64,000 nucleotides of DNA from IMG/VR virus record IMGVR_UViG_3300045250_000069. One strand, 5' to 3'. Below the pieces are notes generated by a model, which was given only the letters and a program-made list of their open reading frames with translations, was not told the origin of the DNA and did not search any database. A program made the translations under genes and the position numbers. Positions 47,001-56,958 of this stretch are shown one piece after another. The DNA is from a virus. Numbering within the stretch: position 1 is the stretch's first letter; every line of letters starts with the position of its first letter.

Positions 47001-47399
47001 AATGCCGGCGGGCAAATCTGGGATGCGCTGCTCGAGATCGTCGGTGACGCCTGGCAGGGAGTCAAGGACTTCTTCGGAATCGCTTCACCGTCACGGCTCA
47101 TGCGCGACACGATCGGTAAGCAGATCCCGGCGGGTCTCGCGGTCGGTATCAAGCAGGGCGCGAGCGAGTCGACGAATGCCGCTTTGGCGATGTCGAAGCA
47201 GGTCGCGTCGGCTGCGCAGACCGCAGCCACGTATTCCTCGAGCGTGGACGTGCAACGCACCGACACGGGCCTCGCGGTCACGGATGCAGCGGGCCTCACG
47301 GTCAACTTCACCGTGAATGGCGAGAAGGGTCAGGATGTTGACGAGCTCGTCGACATCATCATGCAACGTCTGGGTGGCGTAAGCCGGAGGTTCCGATGA
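44073..47399 (+). CDS. Tape measure protein (copy 2)
   Basis: Same as 3847-7173. Confidence 0.95.
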   Translation: MADSMVGHGYVQITPSMRGFRKTVNREVEGTAGEARRSFSARMKSAGRESGQSLGTSLKQTLTASAGDLGAGALKGLESNVAKAAGALSTARLKQQDEAGKVRVAEAKLAEAMKKYPEGASQIVAAEERVETARRRHKDATDKVTDASDRLRTAQDRLKTATDRVADSVDKVKLGSFAQQLRDGWKDARVANSQFSGVASSIGGIARAVSNASGLSKLGGIARAAAQRTSTAFGSLATMIGGKLSAGWTAASSWLSGVAGRVGGFLAPVGQLFSNLGTKLATPFVNLGTKIAGHLKPVTDSVKAFASKLPGPMGSAASGIGSTLASGLSGLVGKIGTVGRDLGARFASSVQSAATAGVAGVAAAVGAALAGGMGRLTSLDESIAKMKGLGFASEDIEKAMQIANDAAVGTSFAMNDLASAAAMAMTAGIKPGEQLVGYLDSIKGAATASGAPVQEIASIFGKVATAGTAYTTEIQQLADRQIPIWGELAEVMGVPAAEVKKLASEGKIDLVTFQTAVTNATGGMAEEMGKTLPAKIANTRSAFSRLGMALLGTKMEGDELVGGLFPAFKSFFDMVRTGVDAVTALIGPFFEKWTTSGGGKLVELFDSLTEKFTSFKETVSDGGGLDALGGQATNLAAVLAPVGAALAAIGIGGLAPLLARIPVLGGMLGGLGGAFAFLGGPIGIAAAAIAAFMATGADSSALVSGLTGIIDSVLAMLPGLIDTVVKVIPGIVDGILKAVPELLTAATGIVQGLIGGIVKATPLLAKGWVLLLNGLINAVVQNLPMIIQAAVTLVTTLIQGIVQALPLLIQGSISLITGLIQGIVTNLPMIIEAAIQLVMSLIEGIISMLPTLIEAAISLVTTLITAIAENLPLIIEAGIGLLLALVTGLLDALPELITAVLELIPAIVTTLLENLPQLVSAALEMILAIAGGLIQAIPELVAAIPEIIAAVFTAFTEVDWLSLGGDIIAGIVEGIVNAGGQIWDALLEIVGDAWQGVKDFFGIASPSRLMRDTIGKQIPAGLAVGIKQGASESTNAALAMSKQVASAAQTAATYSSSVDVQRTDTGLAVTDAAGLTVNFTVNGEKGQDVDELVDIIMQRLGGVSRRFR

Positions 47400-48163
47400 G
47401 CAGTGGTGTGCGGGTCGAGTACGGCGGGATCATGTTCCGGGGGAAGGGCTACACAGCAGTCCCTGGGGACAAAACGTTCGGTATTGCTCGTAGTGGCCTG
47501 CAGGGGTTTGATGCTCCTGCAGGCCGCCGCGGCGAGGACATCGCACGACCGGGGGACGGAAGCTTCGCGCTGGCGACTCATGCGGGCGCCGCGATCCGCT
47601 CGATCTCGGGTATCGCCGTCGCCAACTCGCATCGCGAATTGATGGTGATGCGTGACGATTTCGCGGGGCTCGCGTCGGCCGATCTGCGACCGATGGTCTA
47701 CTGGGTTGAGGGCATCCCTCGGAGCACGGACGCTCAGGTGTGGGACCAGCCAACATGGGAGTGGGACCCGCGGGATCGCCACGCGAAGTTCCAGCTGATG
47801 CTGCGCTGCCCGTGGCCGTTCTGGCTTGGTGACGCGCACGCGCAGGAGCTCTCGACGGGGCTCGAGTTGGTGAATCGTGGGACGGCGAATGCGTGGCCCG
47901 TGATCAGGATTACGGGCCCGGTATCGACGGCGTTTTCGATCACGGTCGGGGGCCGGAAGGTTCGCGTGGATCGCACGCTCACCGCGACACAGTGGGTTGA
48001 GATTACGACTCGTACGGGTGTCGCTCGGACGAACGCGGGGGAGCTGTTGCTGTCGGAAGTGACGGGGCTGATGCCGTACCTGCCGCCCGGAGTTTCGACG
48101 GTGGTGTTGTCGAACATTACCGCGCCGCGCGTCAAGTTTTCGTGGTCTGACACATACGTGTAG
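47396..48163 (+). CDS. Distal tail protein (copy 2)
   Basis: Same as 7170-7937. Confidence 0.8.
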   Translation: MSSGVRVEYGGIMFRGKGYTAVPGDKTFGIARSGLQGFDAPAGRRGEDIARPGDGSFALATHAGAAIRSISGIAVANSHRELMVMRDDFAGLASADLRPMVYWVEGIPRSTDAQVWDQPTWEWDPRDRHAKFQLMLRCPWPFWLGDAHAQELSTGLELVNRGTANAWPVIRITGPVSTAFSITVGGRKVRVDRTLTATQWVEITTRTGVARTNAGELLLSEVTGLMPYLPPGVSTVVLSNITAPRVKFSWSDTYV

Positions 48164-48171
48164 GGGGATGC

Positions 48172-49356
48172 ATGGCTTGGCGAATCGTGGCCGCTGACGC
48201 AGTGACTCGGAAAGTGTTTTATGACCTGACGAACGTCGCCACCGCGTCGTACTCGGCGGTGCTGAACGGCGCCGGGTCGGTGGACGTGACGATCCAAACC
48301 CGGGATGCGCTCACGCCCGTACCGGTGGAAGTGCTGCAGCTGTTGCGGCGTCGACAGAAGGCGACCGTGATCATCGTCGGATGGGTGCAGTCGTCTGGTG
48401 AGACGTACGCGGTCGCGGACGCACTGATCGACACGTCATCGTGGAATCCTGGCACGGGCGTGCTGACGGTCTCGGGGGAGTCCGTGTGGTCTCTCATGGG
48501 CGAACGGATGATGTATCCGATGTGGGCGCGCGAGGTGATCGCGGGCGGCGGCACCGGAACGTTCTTCGTGGACTCCACGATCGAGGATGCGATGTGGTGG
48601 ATCGTGGCCGCGTCGATCGGGCTCGGCAAAGAGATCTACCGCAACGGCGAGCTGATTTACGCGCCGACCGGGAATCATCACCGGCATCAGGATTTTCGGT
48701 GGTCGTCATCGACGGCGACGCAGTCTCGCCGGTGGGAGTTCCCGTACCGTGAACGCACCGCGCTCGAGATCCTCGAGGAGTTCCTCGGCTATGACGGTGC
48801 ACCGGATGTCGCGCTCCAGCCACGCATCGTGGATGAGGAGATCTATTGGCTGGTGCACACGAAGGTGGACATGCTGCGGTGGGAATCCGAGCTCGTGCAT
48901 GATCGCGCTCCTGGTTTTCAGTCGCGGGTGACCGACCTGCAGATCGTGAAGGACGGCGTGCGCGGAACCACGTCACTGCTGAAAGTCGGCGGCGGTTCGG
49001 GCAAGTCGATGCAGTCCACGGCCGCCGTGTTCCAAGACATCGGCATCTCGGTGGAGGATCTTGACGGTCTCACTCGCGAGCGGATCACGTCAGCGAAGCA
49101 AGCGGACGATAATCCGCGGTTGCGGCGTCTCGCGGTCGCGGAACTCCGCGAAAACTATTCCGACATTGAGCAATGGTCGTTCGGTGTGCGCTGCGACGGC
49201 GAAGTTCCCCCGTCGCTGTTTATGCCTGGGGCTGGGGTGCGGTTGCAGTACGGCGGCGACGAACTCTATTCCGCGAAAGAGCACCTGTTTCAGATCCTCG
49301 GGGTGAGCGGTTCGACCGATTCCACGCAGCTCAGATTGGACATCCAGAATGCCTAA
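48172..49356 (+). CDS. Baseplate hub protein (copy 2)
   Basis: Same as 7946-9130. Confidence 0.75.
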   Translation: MAWRIVAADAVTRKVFYDLTNVATASYSAVLNGAGSVDVTIQTRDALTPVPVEVLQLLRRRQKATVIIVGWVQSSGETYAVADALIDTSSWNPGTGVLTVSGESVWSLMGERMMYPMWAREVIAGGGTGTFFVDSTIEDAMWWIVAASIGLGKEIYRNGELIYAPTGNHHRHQDFRWSSSTATQSRRWEFPYRERTALEILEEFLGYDGAPDVALQPRIVDEEIYWLVHTKVDMLRWESELVHDRAPGFQSRVTDLQIVKDGVRGTTSLLKVGGGSGKSMQSTAAVFQDIGISVEDLDGLTRERITSAKQADDNPRLRRLAVAELRENYSDIEQWSFGVRCDGEVPPSLFMPGAGVRLQYGGDELYSAKEHLFQILGVSGSTDSTQLRLDIQNA

Positions 49357-50383
49357 AGAGAACCTGCGCCGAGATGATGATGGCGGGATTGGTGACCTGT
49401 CGAAACAGATCAAAGACCTCCAGACCGCGAACCCGCTCGAGAACGGATCAGTCGACACTGGCACGCTCACGATCCGTTCAAGCCAGGACGGGCTCGTGAT
49501 CGAGGCGGGCGGGCAATTCCTCGCGAAGGACGGCGCGACCATCCTCATTGAGGCGCTGCTGCGAGTGACGGGGCAAACCCAACTCGGGGACACATGGACC
49601 AATCAACTCATCTCGAACGGCAACCTGTTCGCGAACGGCCAGCTTGCGGTCGAGGGCAAAACCTATTTGAACGACATCCTCGACGTGGATGGGACCACCG
49701 ACCTCCGTGGCCGAGTGAATTTTCGCAACGATCTGTACGCACTCGAGCTTCCAGAGGCGTCGTCTCCAACGTCGATGAACATCGTGCTGGTCGATGATGG
49801 CGGAAAGTTCTATCGGGGCCCGAAGTATTCGTCTGGTGGTACGGGTGGCTCGGATAACCCGACTTCGCCTGGCGGGTTGGGTGAGGGCCCGGCTGCGCCG
49901 TTTTCGTATCAGGCGTTTTCGATTGGAAATGGGTCGGGCGAGGCAGACTTCGGGACTCGGAACACCGCGAAGGGCTGGCATGACGGGCTCGACTTCGCGT
50001 ATGACGGCGCCGGGTACGGTGCTGCGGTGAGGTCGGTCGCGACTGGCACGGTCGTGAACTCGTCCTATGCGAATCATTCTGATGCCGGCCCCTACCCTGT
50101 GTGCATTGATCATGGGCCGCTCGAGGCTGGATCGCACGCGGGGAGGCGACTCTATTCGGTGTATTGGCACATGCTGGACCGCACGGTGTCGGTCGGCGAT
50201 TCGGTGACGGCAGACACGGTGATCGGGCATGTCGGCGCGTACGGCAATGTCACGGGGCCGCACCTGCACCTCGAGCTGCATCTGGATTCGCTGCACTCGA
50301 ATTGGCCGGTGCTTGGCCTTGATTCGTCGACTGGTGCGCAGGATCCTGTTCCGATTTTTAATGAGTATGGGGGCTGGCGGTAA
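49349..50383 (+). CDS. Minor tail protein with M23 peptidase (copy 2)
   Basis: Same as 9123-10157. Confidence 0.85.
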   Translation: MPKENLRRDDDGGIGDLSKQIKDLQTANPLENGSVDTGTLTIRSSQDGLVIEAGGQFLAKDGATILIEALLRVTGQTQLGDTWTNQLISNGNLFANGQLAVEGKTYLNDILDVDGTTDLRGRVNFRNDLYALELPEASSPTSMNIVLVDDGGKFYRGPKYSSGGTGGSDNPTSPGGLGEGPAAPFSYQAFSIGNGSGEADFGTRNTAKGWHDGLDFAYDGAGYGAAVRSVATGTVVNSSYANHSDAGPYPVCIDHGPLEAGSHAGRRLYSVYWHMLDRTVSVGDSVTADTVIGHVGAYGNVTGPHLHLELHLDSLHSNWPVLGLDSSTGAQDPVPIFNEYGGWR

Positions 50384-50853
50384 TGGCGAAATATAGCGGT
50401 ACGGTTGTGCGGCCGTCGAGTGTGGCGCATGTGGCGTCGGCTCGGGCGCAGTTGCAAGTAAAGCTGGCGGAGCCGGGGACGCGTTCGGGATCGCTGGTGA
50501 ATGACGACACCATCGTTGTTGACGTGCCGTCATCGGGCGCGTTCGAGGTCGATTTAATCCCGTCTCCGCAGATTCTCTCCCGGTCTGGTCGGCCCGCAGT
50601 GTATAGCGTCGCGGAGTCGTGGCTGGACCCTGACGGCGTGCAGATCCCCGGCGGGTACTCCGAGTGGGGGACGTTCTACCTTGGCGCGTCTGGCGGCACG
50701 CTCTCGCAATATAAGGTGGCGCCGCCTGGCACGCCGGTCATCGAATGGGTGTCGACCCTCGCGGAAGCGCAGGCCCTCGAACCGACCCTCGCGAAGGGCT
50801 CAATCATCATCGTCGCCGGTAGCACGGCCTGGAATGTTTACGAGGTGTCGTAA
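50383..50853 (+). CDS. Minor tail protein (copy 2)
   Basis: Same as 10157-10627. Confidence 0.65.
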   Translation: MAKYSGTVVRPSSVAHVASARAQLQVKLAEPGTRSGSLVNDDTIVVDVPSSGAFEVDLIPSPQILSRSGRPAVYSVAESWLDPDGVQIPGGYSEWGTFYLGASGGTLSQYKVAPPGTPVIEWVSTLAEAQALEPTLAKGSIIIVAGSTAWNVYEVS

Positions 50854-52409
50854 TGGCTCTAACACTGATTGGCAGTATCGCCGCAATTACTGACGCGGTG
50901 GCTGCGAACCTCGTATCCGGCCCGACGCAGACTCGTGCCGCGGTTGACGCGCGCGTGCGCGGCATTGTGCCGGCTGAGGTGTCGTCGCAGATCGCGAACT
51001 CTACGACGTTGCAGGCTGCGTTGGCGGCGATGATCGGCAATCTCGGTGATGCGAACCTCGCGGCGGAGTATGCGCGCACGATTACGCCGACTGCGGATTG
51101 GAACACGCTCACTCAGCGTGGTGTGTGGCGGCGCGCGTCAGCGACTCCGAACGGGTCGAACGTGCCGCCGACGCAGGCGTCGGGCACGCTGTATGTGACG
51201 AAGTCGAACGAGCAGACTGACCAGGCTGGCGGGCAACTGTTCATGGCCGCTGACGGTATTTGGTACCGCAGCGTTTCTGATGCGGGCGTGTGGTCGGAGT
51301 GGCGTGCGCTCGATTCCGACTATCGCGGGCTGATGCCGGATGGACAGTCGATCGATGACATGACCGGCCAGCAGTGGACTGGGCAATGGTATGTGCCGTC
51401 TACTGCTGCGGCGGACGCGCTGGTGGGTGCGAAACCGCCGATGAGCGGGCCGGGCACGTTCACGGTCGTGTCGTCGCGCACGTCGGGCTATTCGCACACG
51501 GTGCAGTGGTGGTCGATGCACCTGCTGTCAGGCTCGAAGCTGTTTATGCGGCTCACGGTCGCGTCGGGCGCGTTCAATGACTGGATTGAGGTTGGCGGTG
51601 CCGGGAGTAGTGCTGGCGCGCGTGACCTGCGCCTGCAACTGTTTGAGGAGGCGTACCCGCTCGTTTCGACAGGGAATAAGGGCGTCGTCGTGCTTCGGTA
51701 TGACCACGGCCTCACGAATTTCAAGTCGACGATCCTGCCGTTGCATCAGCAATACAATCTGCCTGCCTATATCGCGATGAATTCCCGCAACTGGTCGCTC
51801 GATGAGAACTCGGGCGCAACGCAGGAGGAAGCCCGGTCGTGGGCGAACGTCGAATGGGGCAACCATTCCGCCGACCACGAAGACAAGTCGGGTGGGGCCG
51901 CGATCTACGACAACATCGTGAACGGCCGCATCGAGCTCGAAGCCCAGTTGGAACGCACGATCCACGGCTACACCGCGCCGGGGTTGACGGGCGGCCAGTT
52001 CGACGGGTTCAACACCGGCTGGGTCGACGGCTACTCCAACACGCCCGCGGGTGCGATGATCCTCGACCATCACGCGATCGCGTCCGGCGGGATCGGCGAC
52101 ACGAACTTCCGCCCCCTGGACGGGAAGATCCGCATCGGTGGCCGGCATTACACGTGGGAGCAGCGCACGTACGCACAAATCAAGGCCGAGATCGATACTG
52201 CGATCTCGACCAAGACCGCGCTGACGATTATGGCGCACCCGCGCACGATGAACCAGTCCGGGTATTGGACGCCGGCACTGTTGGAGCAGGTGCTGGCCTA
52301 TATTCGGTCGCAGATCGATGCGGGGAACCTCGCTGATCTGACCTACTACCAGTCGCAGCATGCGGTGTTGCGGACGCCGGTCGAGGCATTCCAGGCCGCA
52401 CTCGCCTAA
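50853..52409 (+). CDS. Tail fibre 1 with CE4-like domain (copy 2)
   Basis: Same as 10627-12183. Confidence 0.75.
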   Translation: MALTLIGSIAAITDAVAANLVSGPTQTRAAVDARVRGIVPAEVSSQIANSTTLQAALAAMIGNLGDANLAAEYARTITPTADWNTLTQRGVWRRASATPNGSNVPPTQASGTLYVTKSNEQTDQAGGQLFMAADGIWYRSVSDAGVWSEWRALDSDYRGLMPDGQSIDDMTGQQWTGQWYVPSTAAADALVGAKPPMSGPGTFTVVSSRTSGYSHTVQWWSMHLLSGSKLFMRLTVASGAFNDWIEVGGAGSSAGARDLRLQLFEEAYPLVSTGNKGVVVLRYDHGLTNFKSTILPLHQQYNLPAYIAMNSRNWSLDENSGATQEEARSWANVEWGNHSADHEDKSGGAAIYDNIVNGRIELEAQLERTIHGYTAPGLTGGQFDGFNTGWVDGYSNTPAGAMILDHHAIASGGIGDTNFRPLDGKIRIGGRHYTWEQRTYAQIKAEIDTAISTKTALTIMAHPRTMNQSGYWTPALLEQVLAYIRSQIDAGNLADLTYYQSQHAVLRTPVEAFQAALA

Positions 52410-52485
52410 CCACACTCTCTCACTCAAGCCACCCCTGCGGGTGGCTTTTTTGTTGCACCCACACGGTGCGGAAAGGGGCAGACCG

Positions 52486-53925
52486 GTGGATGACGACCTG
52501 GTGCAGCTCGCAACCCTGATCGGTGTTGAACTCAAAACCCGTGGCACGATCCGTGCACTCATCCCCGCCGACACGGACGTGAACACGCTCCGCACCCCCG
52601 GCGTGTATGCAGTCGCATCGACCACGATCGCTGCCTCACTCATCAACTGGCCGGAACCGGTCACGGGGCTTCTCGTGGTCGAAAAAACGCCCCAGAACCA
52701 GATGACGACGCAGAACGTGTACCTGTACAAGTCAACATCGCAGCCACCGAAGAAATACTCGCGCGTGAACCGTCTCGCATCGAACGATGCGTGGACGGCG
52801 TGGGGTTCCCCGGAATGGGCGCAGGCCGTGTTCGGCGGCACGTCCGAGACTCCCGCGAACGTTGACATGCATGTCGAGGCGGGCGCGTGGCTCGTCACCG
52901 CACCGGCCACGGTGACTGGTTTGCCGGCGGTGACGGCGACCGGATGGATTATCGAGAATCTGCGGTTCCGTGACTCGACAGTGATGCTGCAGCGTGCGAC
53001 GGCTCGCACGTCGGGTGCGCCTCGCGTGTTCACTCGGGTCGGTGCGGTGCCTGCCGCGACGGGTTGGAATGGTGCCGCCTGGCATGAACTCGCGGCCGGT
53101 GGTGGAACCACGCCGGTTGTGGCGGAGGACGCGGGGCTCGCGAACGCGATGCTGCTGCAGGACTTCGTGCGCCGGCGCGGTGGCCGCAAGAAAGTGACGA
53201 CCGGGGTTATTTCGTTCCGTTTCGATCATGGCCTCGCGAACTTCGACACGAAGATCCGGCCACTGCTCGAGGCCCGCAACATCCCGTACAGTCTCGCGCT
53301 CTGCTCCGGCCAATGGTCACGTTCGGAGAACGTCGGTGTGACTGCGGCGATGGTCAACGGCTGGGTTGAGGGTGGTCTCGCGGAGGTCTGGAACCATTCG
53401 AAGGATCATGGCTCGGGCGACAACTCGACTGCGCAATGGCAGGCCGCGATCCAGGACGGTCTCACCGAACTGCAGGCGCAAATTCCGGCCGCGCAGATAG
53501 ACGGCTGGGCACCCCCAGGTTCCTCTGGTACGGACTTTGGCGGGTTCACGAACGGTGGCACGATCCCGCAACTGTTGACCGAGGGGGGCCGCTATATCCT
53601 CGCGCGGCACGCGATCACTGCCGGCTACCTGTCTGGCACCGTGTATCGGCTGTTGGATGGGAACCCGCGTAACGCGCTCACGCATGTGACGGGGGATAAG
53701 CAGACGCAGGCGCAGCTCGAGGCGTACCTGAATGGCGCGGTCTCGCAACGCAAGGGCGTGCAGATCATGATTCATCCGTCGCTGGTCGACTCGGAGGGGT
53801 ATATCACGACGGCGGAGATCGAGGGGTTCCTGGATGCGGTAGTGACCGCTCGCGACGCTGGCCAGGTGGCGGTGATGGGGCCGTACGACGCGCTCCTCGC
53901 TGACGCGACCGACGCTGCGATCTAA
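52486..53925 (+). CDS. Tail fibre 2 with CE4-like domain (copy 2)
   Basis: Same as 12260-13699. Confidence 0.72.
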   Translation: MDDDLVQLATLIGVELKTRGTIRALIPADTDVNTLRTPGVYAVASTTIAASLINWPEPVTGLLVVEKTPQNQMTTQNVYLYKSTSQPPKKYSRVNRLASNDAWTAWGSPEWAQAVFGGTSETPANVDMHVEAGAWLVTAPATVTGLPAVTATGWIIENLRFRDSTVMLQRATARTSGAPRVFTRVGAVPAATGWNGAAWHELAAGGGTTPVVAEDAGLANAMLLQDFVRRRGGRKKVTTGVISFRFDHGLANFDTKIRPLLEARNIPYSLALCSGQWSRSENVGVTAAMVNGWVEGGLAEVWNHSKDHGSGDNSTAQWQAAIQDGLTELQAQIPAAQIDGWAPPGSSGTDFGGFTNGGTIPQLLTEGGRYILARHAITAGYLSGTVYRLLDGNPRNALTHVTGDKQTQAQLEAYLNGAVSQRKGVQIMIHPSLVDSEGYITTAEIEGFLDAVVTARDAGQVAVMGPYDALLADATDAAI

Positions 53926-53985
53926 CCGCGCCCCAAACGTTGATCCCCGTTACGGGGCCATTTTTCATGCCTGAAAGGGGCAGCA

Positions 53986-54879
53986 ATGACTCATTCGAAG
54001 CTCACGAACAAGATCAGTCTCAGCAGCCAGTCGAGTTCGCGTGACGGCACGAAGATCGATCGGTTCCTCGTTCACCACGCAGCAAGCACCTCGCAGTCCG
54101 GCGTGGTCGACATGATGGTGCGCGCGACCCGCACAGTCTCGGCGAACTATGTCATCGGCGACACAATCACCTGTGTCGTTGACGAGGATCGCCGCGCCTG
54201 GACTTCTGGCGCGTCGGGTGACGGCGGCCGCGGCGCAGCGTTCGACACGCGCTCAATCACCGTCGAAACCATCAATGACTCGACGGACGGTTGGACGGTC
54301 AGCGACAAGACGTTCGACAACCTCGCGCGCCTCATCGCCGATTGCGCCACCCGCTACGACTTCGACATCACCGATGACACCGTGCTCACGCACCAGGAAC
54401 TCTGGTCGCGGTTCCGTGCTTCGTACGCAACCGCGTGCCCTGGGGATTTGCAGCGCCGTAAGGCCGAGCTGTTGAAGCTCGCGAAGTCCTACCAGGACGG
54501 CAAGGCCACCGGGGGTGGTACTGCCGCGTCGAAGCCTGCGACGTCGACGCCGGCGCGCGCCTCGTGGGAGGCGACCGCGTTCGGCATCGGCACCACCGCC
54601 ACCGCCGCGCAGTGGAAGACGATTCAGAGCTGGCTCAAGAAGCTGGTCCGCTATGACGGCCCCGTTGATGGTGTGCCCGGCCAGAACACCTGGAAGGGCA
54701 TTCAGCGCACCGTCGCCAAGTACGGCTACTACGACGGCCCCATCGACGGTGTTCCCGGCACGAACACCGCGAAGGGAATGCAGTCCTACGCACGCAACGG
54801 CGGCGGCTACACCGGCCCCACCGACGGCGTGCTCGGCGCGAACTCGTGGGCCGGGTTCGTCAAGCGGCTTTCGAGCTAG
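53986..54879 (+). CDS. Endolysin (copy 2)
   Basis: Same as 13760-14653. Confidence 0.9.
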   Translation: MTHSKLTNKISLSSQSSSRDGTKIDRFLVHHAASTSQSGVVDMMVRATRTVSANYVIGDTITCVVDEDRRAWTSGASGDGGRGAAFDTRSITVETINDSTDGWTVSDKTFDNLARLIADCATRYDFDITDDTVLTHQELWSRFRASYATACPGDLQRRKAELLKLAKSYQDGKATGGGTAASKPATSTPARASWEATAFGIGTTATAAQWKTIQSWLKKLVRYDGPVDGVPGQNTWKGIQRTVAKYGYYDGPIDGVPGTNTAKGMQSYARNGGGYTGPTDGVLGANSWAGFVKRLSS

Positions 54880-54887
54880 GAGCGATC

Positions 54888-55304
54888 ATGCCGAAGCGTC
54901 TCGTGACCTGGATGCATGACCCGCCCGAGTGGCGGCCGGTGTGGCTTGGAGGGCATCTGTGGGGTGCGCTCATGGGCGCCGTCACGCTCACCGCGCCGCC
55001 GCTCACGATCAAGGGCGAGCTCGGGCCTGTCCTCACCACCGTGTGGGGAATCCTCGCATTGGTCGGTTCGCTCATCGCCGCCGCGAACGTCTACTCGCGG
55101 CATGCATGGGCGGAACGCCTCGGTATCCAGATCGCGGCGCTCGGCACCGGCCTCTACTCCGCAACAATCCTCTACCTGTGGGTTTCCACGGGGGAGAACC
55201 GCGGCACACAATTCTTCGCCGTGTCGCTCGGCCTGTTCTTCTTCCTGGCGCGGTTCCTCACGGTCGAGCACTGGGACGACCGCGACCTCGCACGGGAGAT
55301 CTGA
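54888..55304 (+). CDS. Multi-TM lysis protein (copy 2)
   Basis: Same as 14662-15078. Confidence 0.7.
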   Translation: MPKRLVTWMHDPPEWRPVWLGGHLWGALMGAVTLTAPPLTIKGELGPVLTTVWGILALVGSLIAAANVYSRHAWAERLGIQIAALGTGLYSATILYLWVSTGENRGTQFFAVSLGLFFFLARFLTVEHWDDRDLAREI

Positions 55305-55642
55305 TGCCGCTCTGGGAATACATCGTCTCGCTCGCGACGGCACTCGGTGTCGGCACGATCGTTCCCAAGATATTCGACAAGCTGGCCGCGAACATGACCG
55401 AGCGAGGGCAGCGCCGCAGGAAGGACGCGGAGCGCCTCGCGCAGCTCGTGGACGAAGCGAAGCGCGAGCGAGACGAAGCGATCGCGCACCGCGACGTTGA
55501 AGCGTCCCGTCGTCGCCGCCTCGAGGAACATGCGTCGCGGCTGCGCCGAATCCTCGCGGAAGCACCGTGCGTCGACTTCGACACGATCCCGCCCTGGCCT
55601 GGAGGCACGGGGCCAACACCTACGCAAGGAGACTACAAGTGA
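55304..55642 (+). CDS. 1-TM coiled-coil lysis protein (copy 2)
   Basis: Same as 15078-15416. Confidence 0.7.
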   Translation: MPLWEYIVSLATALGVGTIVPKIFDKLAANMTERGQRRRKDAERLAQLVDEAKRERDEAIAHRDVEASRRRRLEEHASRLRRILAEAPCVDFDTIPPWPGGTGPTPTQGDYK

Positions 55643-55881
55643 CCTCTACCCCGAACCTCGGCGCTGTGATTCAGTCGCCCACCGCCCGCCGTTGGATTTA
55701 CGGCGTCTACATCATCGCTGTGTTCATCATCGGATGTGTTCAGGTCGGCTTCGCTGCGGTGGATGCTGGCCAGCCTGACTGGCTGACGGTCGCTCTCGCG
55801 GTCGCCGCGTACGCGGGTGTCCCTGTTGGCGCGCTCGCCGCAGCGAACACGTCAACCTCTACCGGCAAGCACACCGAATAA
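55639..55881 (+). CDS. Holin (copy 2)
   Basis: Same as 15413-15655. Confidence 0.8.
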   Translation: MTSTPNLGAVIQSPTARRWIYGVYIIAVFIIGCVQVGFAAVDAGQPDWLTVALAVAAYAGVPVGALAAANTSTSTGKHTE

Positions 55882-55957
55882 CCTTCATCCCCAACGATTG
55901 AAGCCCCCACCTTCACGCTGAGCGCGTGCGGGTGGGGGCGCTTTCGTCGTTTCCGGG

Positions 55958-56143
55958 CTACGACCGCACCCAGGCGATGACTTCACCCTCGCCAAGCTCG
56001 ACCAGCCCACGCGCCTCCTCAAGCGTCGACGCCGCGATCTCGACCTCGCGCGGCGCATCCACCTCCGGTCGATCGCCGAGCGCGTCACGCTCCGTCTCCG
56101 AGAGAGCAGCAGCAGTATTGACGGTCTTGATCATCACGTGCAT
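55958..56143 (-). CDS. Small hypothetical protein (copy 2)
   Basis: Same as 15732-15917. Confidence 0.55.
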   Translation of the reverse strand: MHVMIKTVNTAAALSETERDALGDRPEVDAPREVEIAASTLEEARGLVELGEGEVIAWVRS

Positions 56144-56265
56144 GGCATTGAGCTTAGGCCGCGGGCAGCCTTGCAACGGAGGGAATAATATTCCCAACTC
56201 ACTTGAATCGGGCATATTATTCCCTCGCTTGCAAGAGTGTCGGCGGCGGGAGCTACCCTCTGCGC

Positions 56266-56562
56266 ATGAGCAAGCAGCATCTAGAGGGTGCCGACGCGAT
56301 CGTCGCCGCGATCGAGGCGCAGGCGCGCCAATCCCATCCGCTCGCCGAGACGATCCACCCAGGTCAGGTGTGGCGCGTGCACGGCCACAGCACCGCGACG
56401 ATCGGCTGGGTGCGGTACCTCGTGCCAGAGCGTGGCACCGGGCCCGCCTATCACGCCTACGCTGACCGGCGTGAGGATGGTGTACGGCCGTGGCTCAAGA
56501 GCTTCGCGACACTCGACTCAGCCGTGGCATGGGTCTACCAGCACCGCGGGGAGCTCAGCTGA
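56266..56562 (+). CDS. Hypothetical protein under PafBC-type promoter (copy 2)
   Basis: Same as 16040-16336; promoter at 56238-56259. Confidence 0.7.
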   Translation: MSKQHLEGADAIVAAIEAQARQSHPLAETIHPGQVWRVHGHSTATIGWVRYLVPERGTGPAYHAYADRREDGVRPWLKSFATLDSAVAWVYQHRGELS

Positions 56563-56737
56563 GATCGTCCACGATGCTCTCGATCGTGCCCTGACGTCCG
56601 CGGAACTCGATCACATCCGGCAACTCGGCATACTCGTGCAGCACCGCCACGCAGGCATTCACGGCCTCAAGCTGACGGTCCGCAGGCACCTGCTCAATGA
56701 GAGCACCGAGCACGTCCAGGGCTTCCTCAAGATCCAT
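56555..56737 (-). CDS. Small hypothetical protein (copy 2)
   Basis: Same as 16329-16511. Confidence 0.5.
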   Translation of the reverse strand: MDLEEALDVLGALIEQVPADRQLEAVNACVAVLHEYAELPDVIEFRGRQGTIESIVDDLS

Positions 56738-56929
56738 GCGGGGGAGTCTACGCGGCGTAGTTTCGTGCCCACTTTTTGCCCACATTTTGCCCACGAAACT
56801 CACGCTTTGCCCACATTTGCCCACACTTTCCACCGCTCTCAGCATCCCGCCACATCCACCGCACCCCGCCGACTTACCAGGTAAACACTGGGCACGCGGC
56901 GAAAACACGGCGGAGACAACAACCTCGGC

Positions 56930-56958
56930 ACGCGGGTTCGATTCCCGTCATCCCCTCG
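56930..56958 (+). other. att core: prophage attR abutting the satellite left end
   Basis: Same tRNA-3' core; P-arm repeats on left only, different sequence on right. Confidence 0.85.

Larger units (their letters stand above)
16733..56958. mobile_element. Prophage copy 2, complete 40,226-bp temperate siphovirus
   Basis: Integrase, immunity, replication, packaging, head, tail, lysis modules between two identical att cores. Confidence 0.95.
40227..56958 (+). repeat. 16,732-bp direct repeat of positions 1-16732 (offset 40,226)
   Basis: Both start TACGAGCTCC; all ORF translations match at +40226; identity ends after CATCCCCTCG (16733 C vs 56959 G). Confidence 0.97.
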
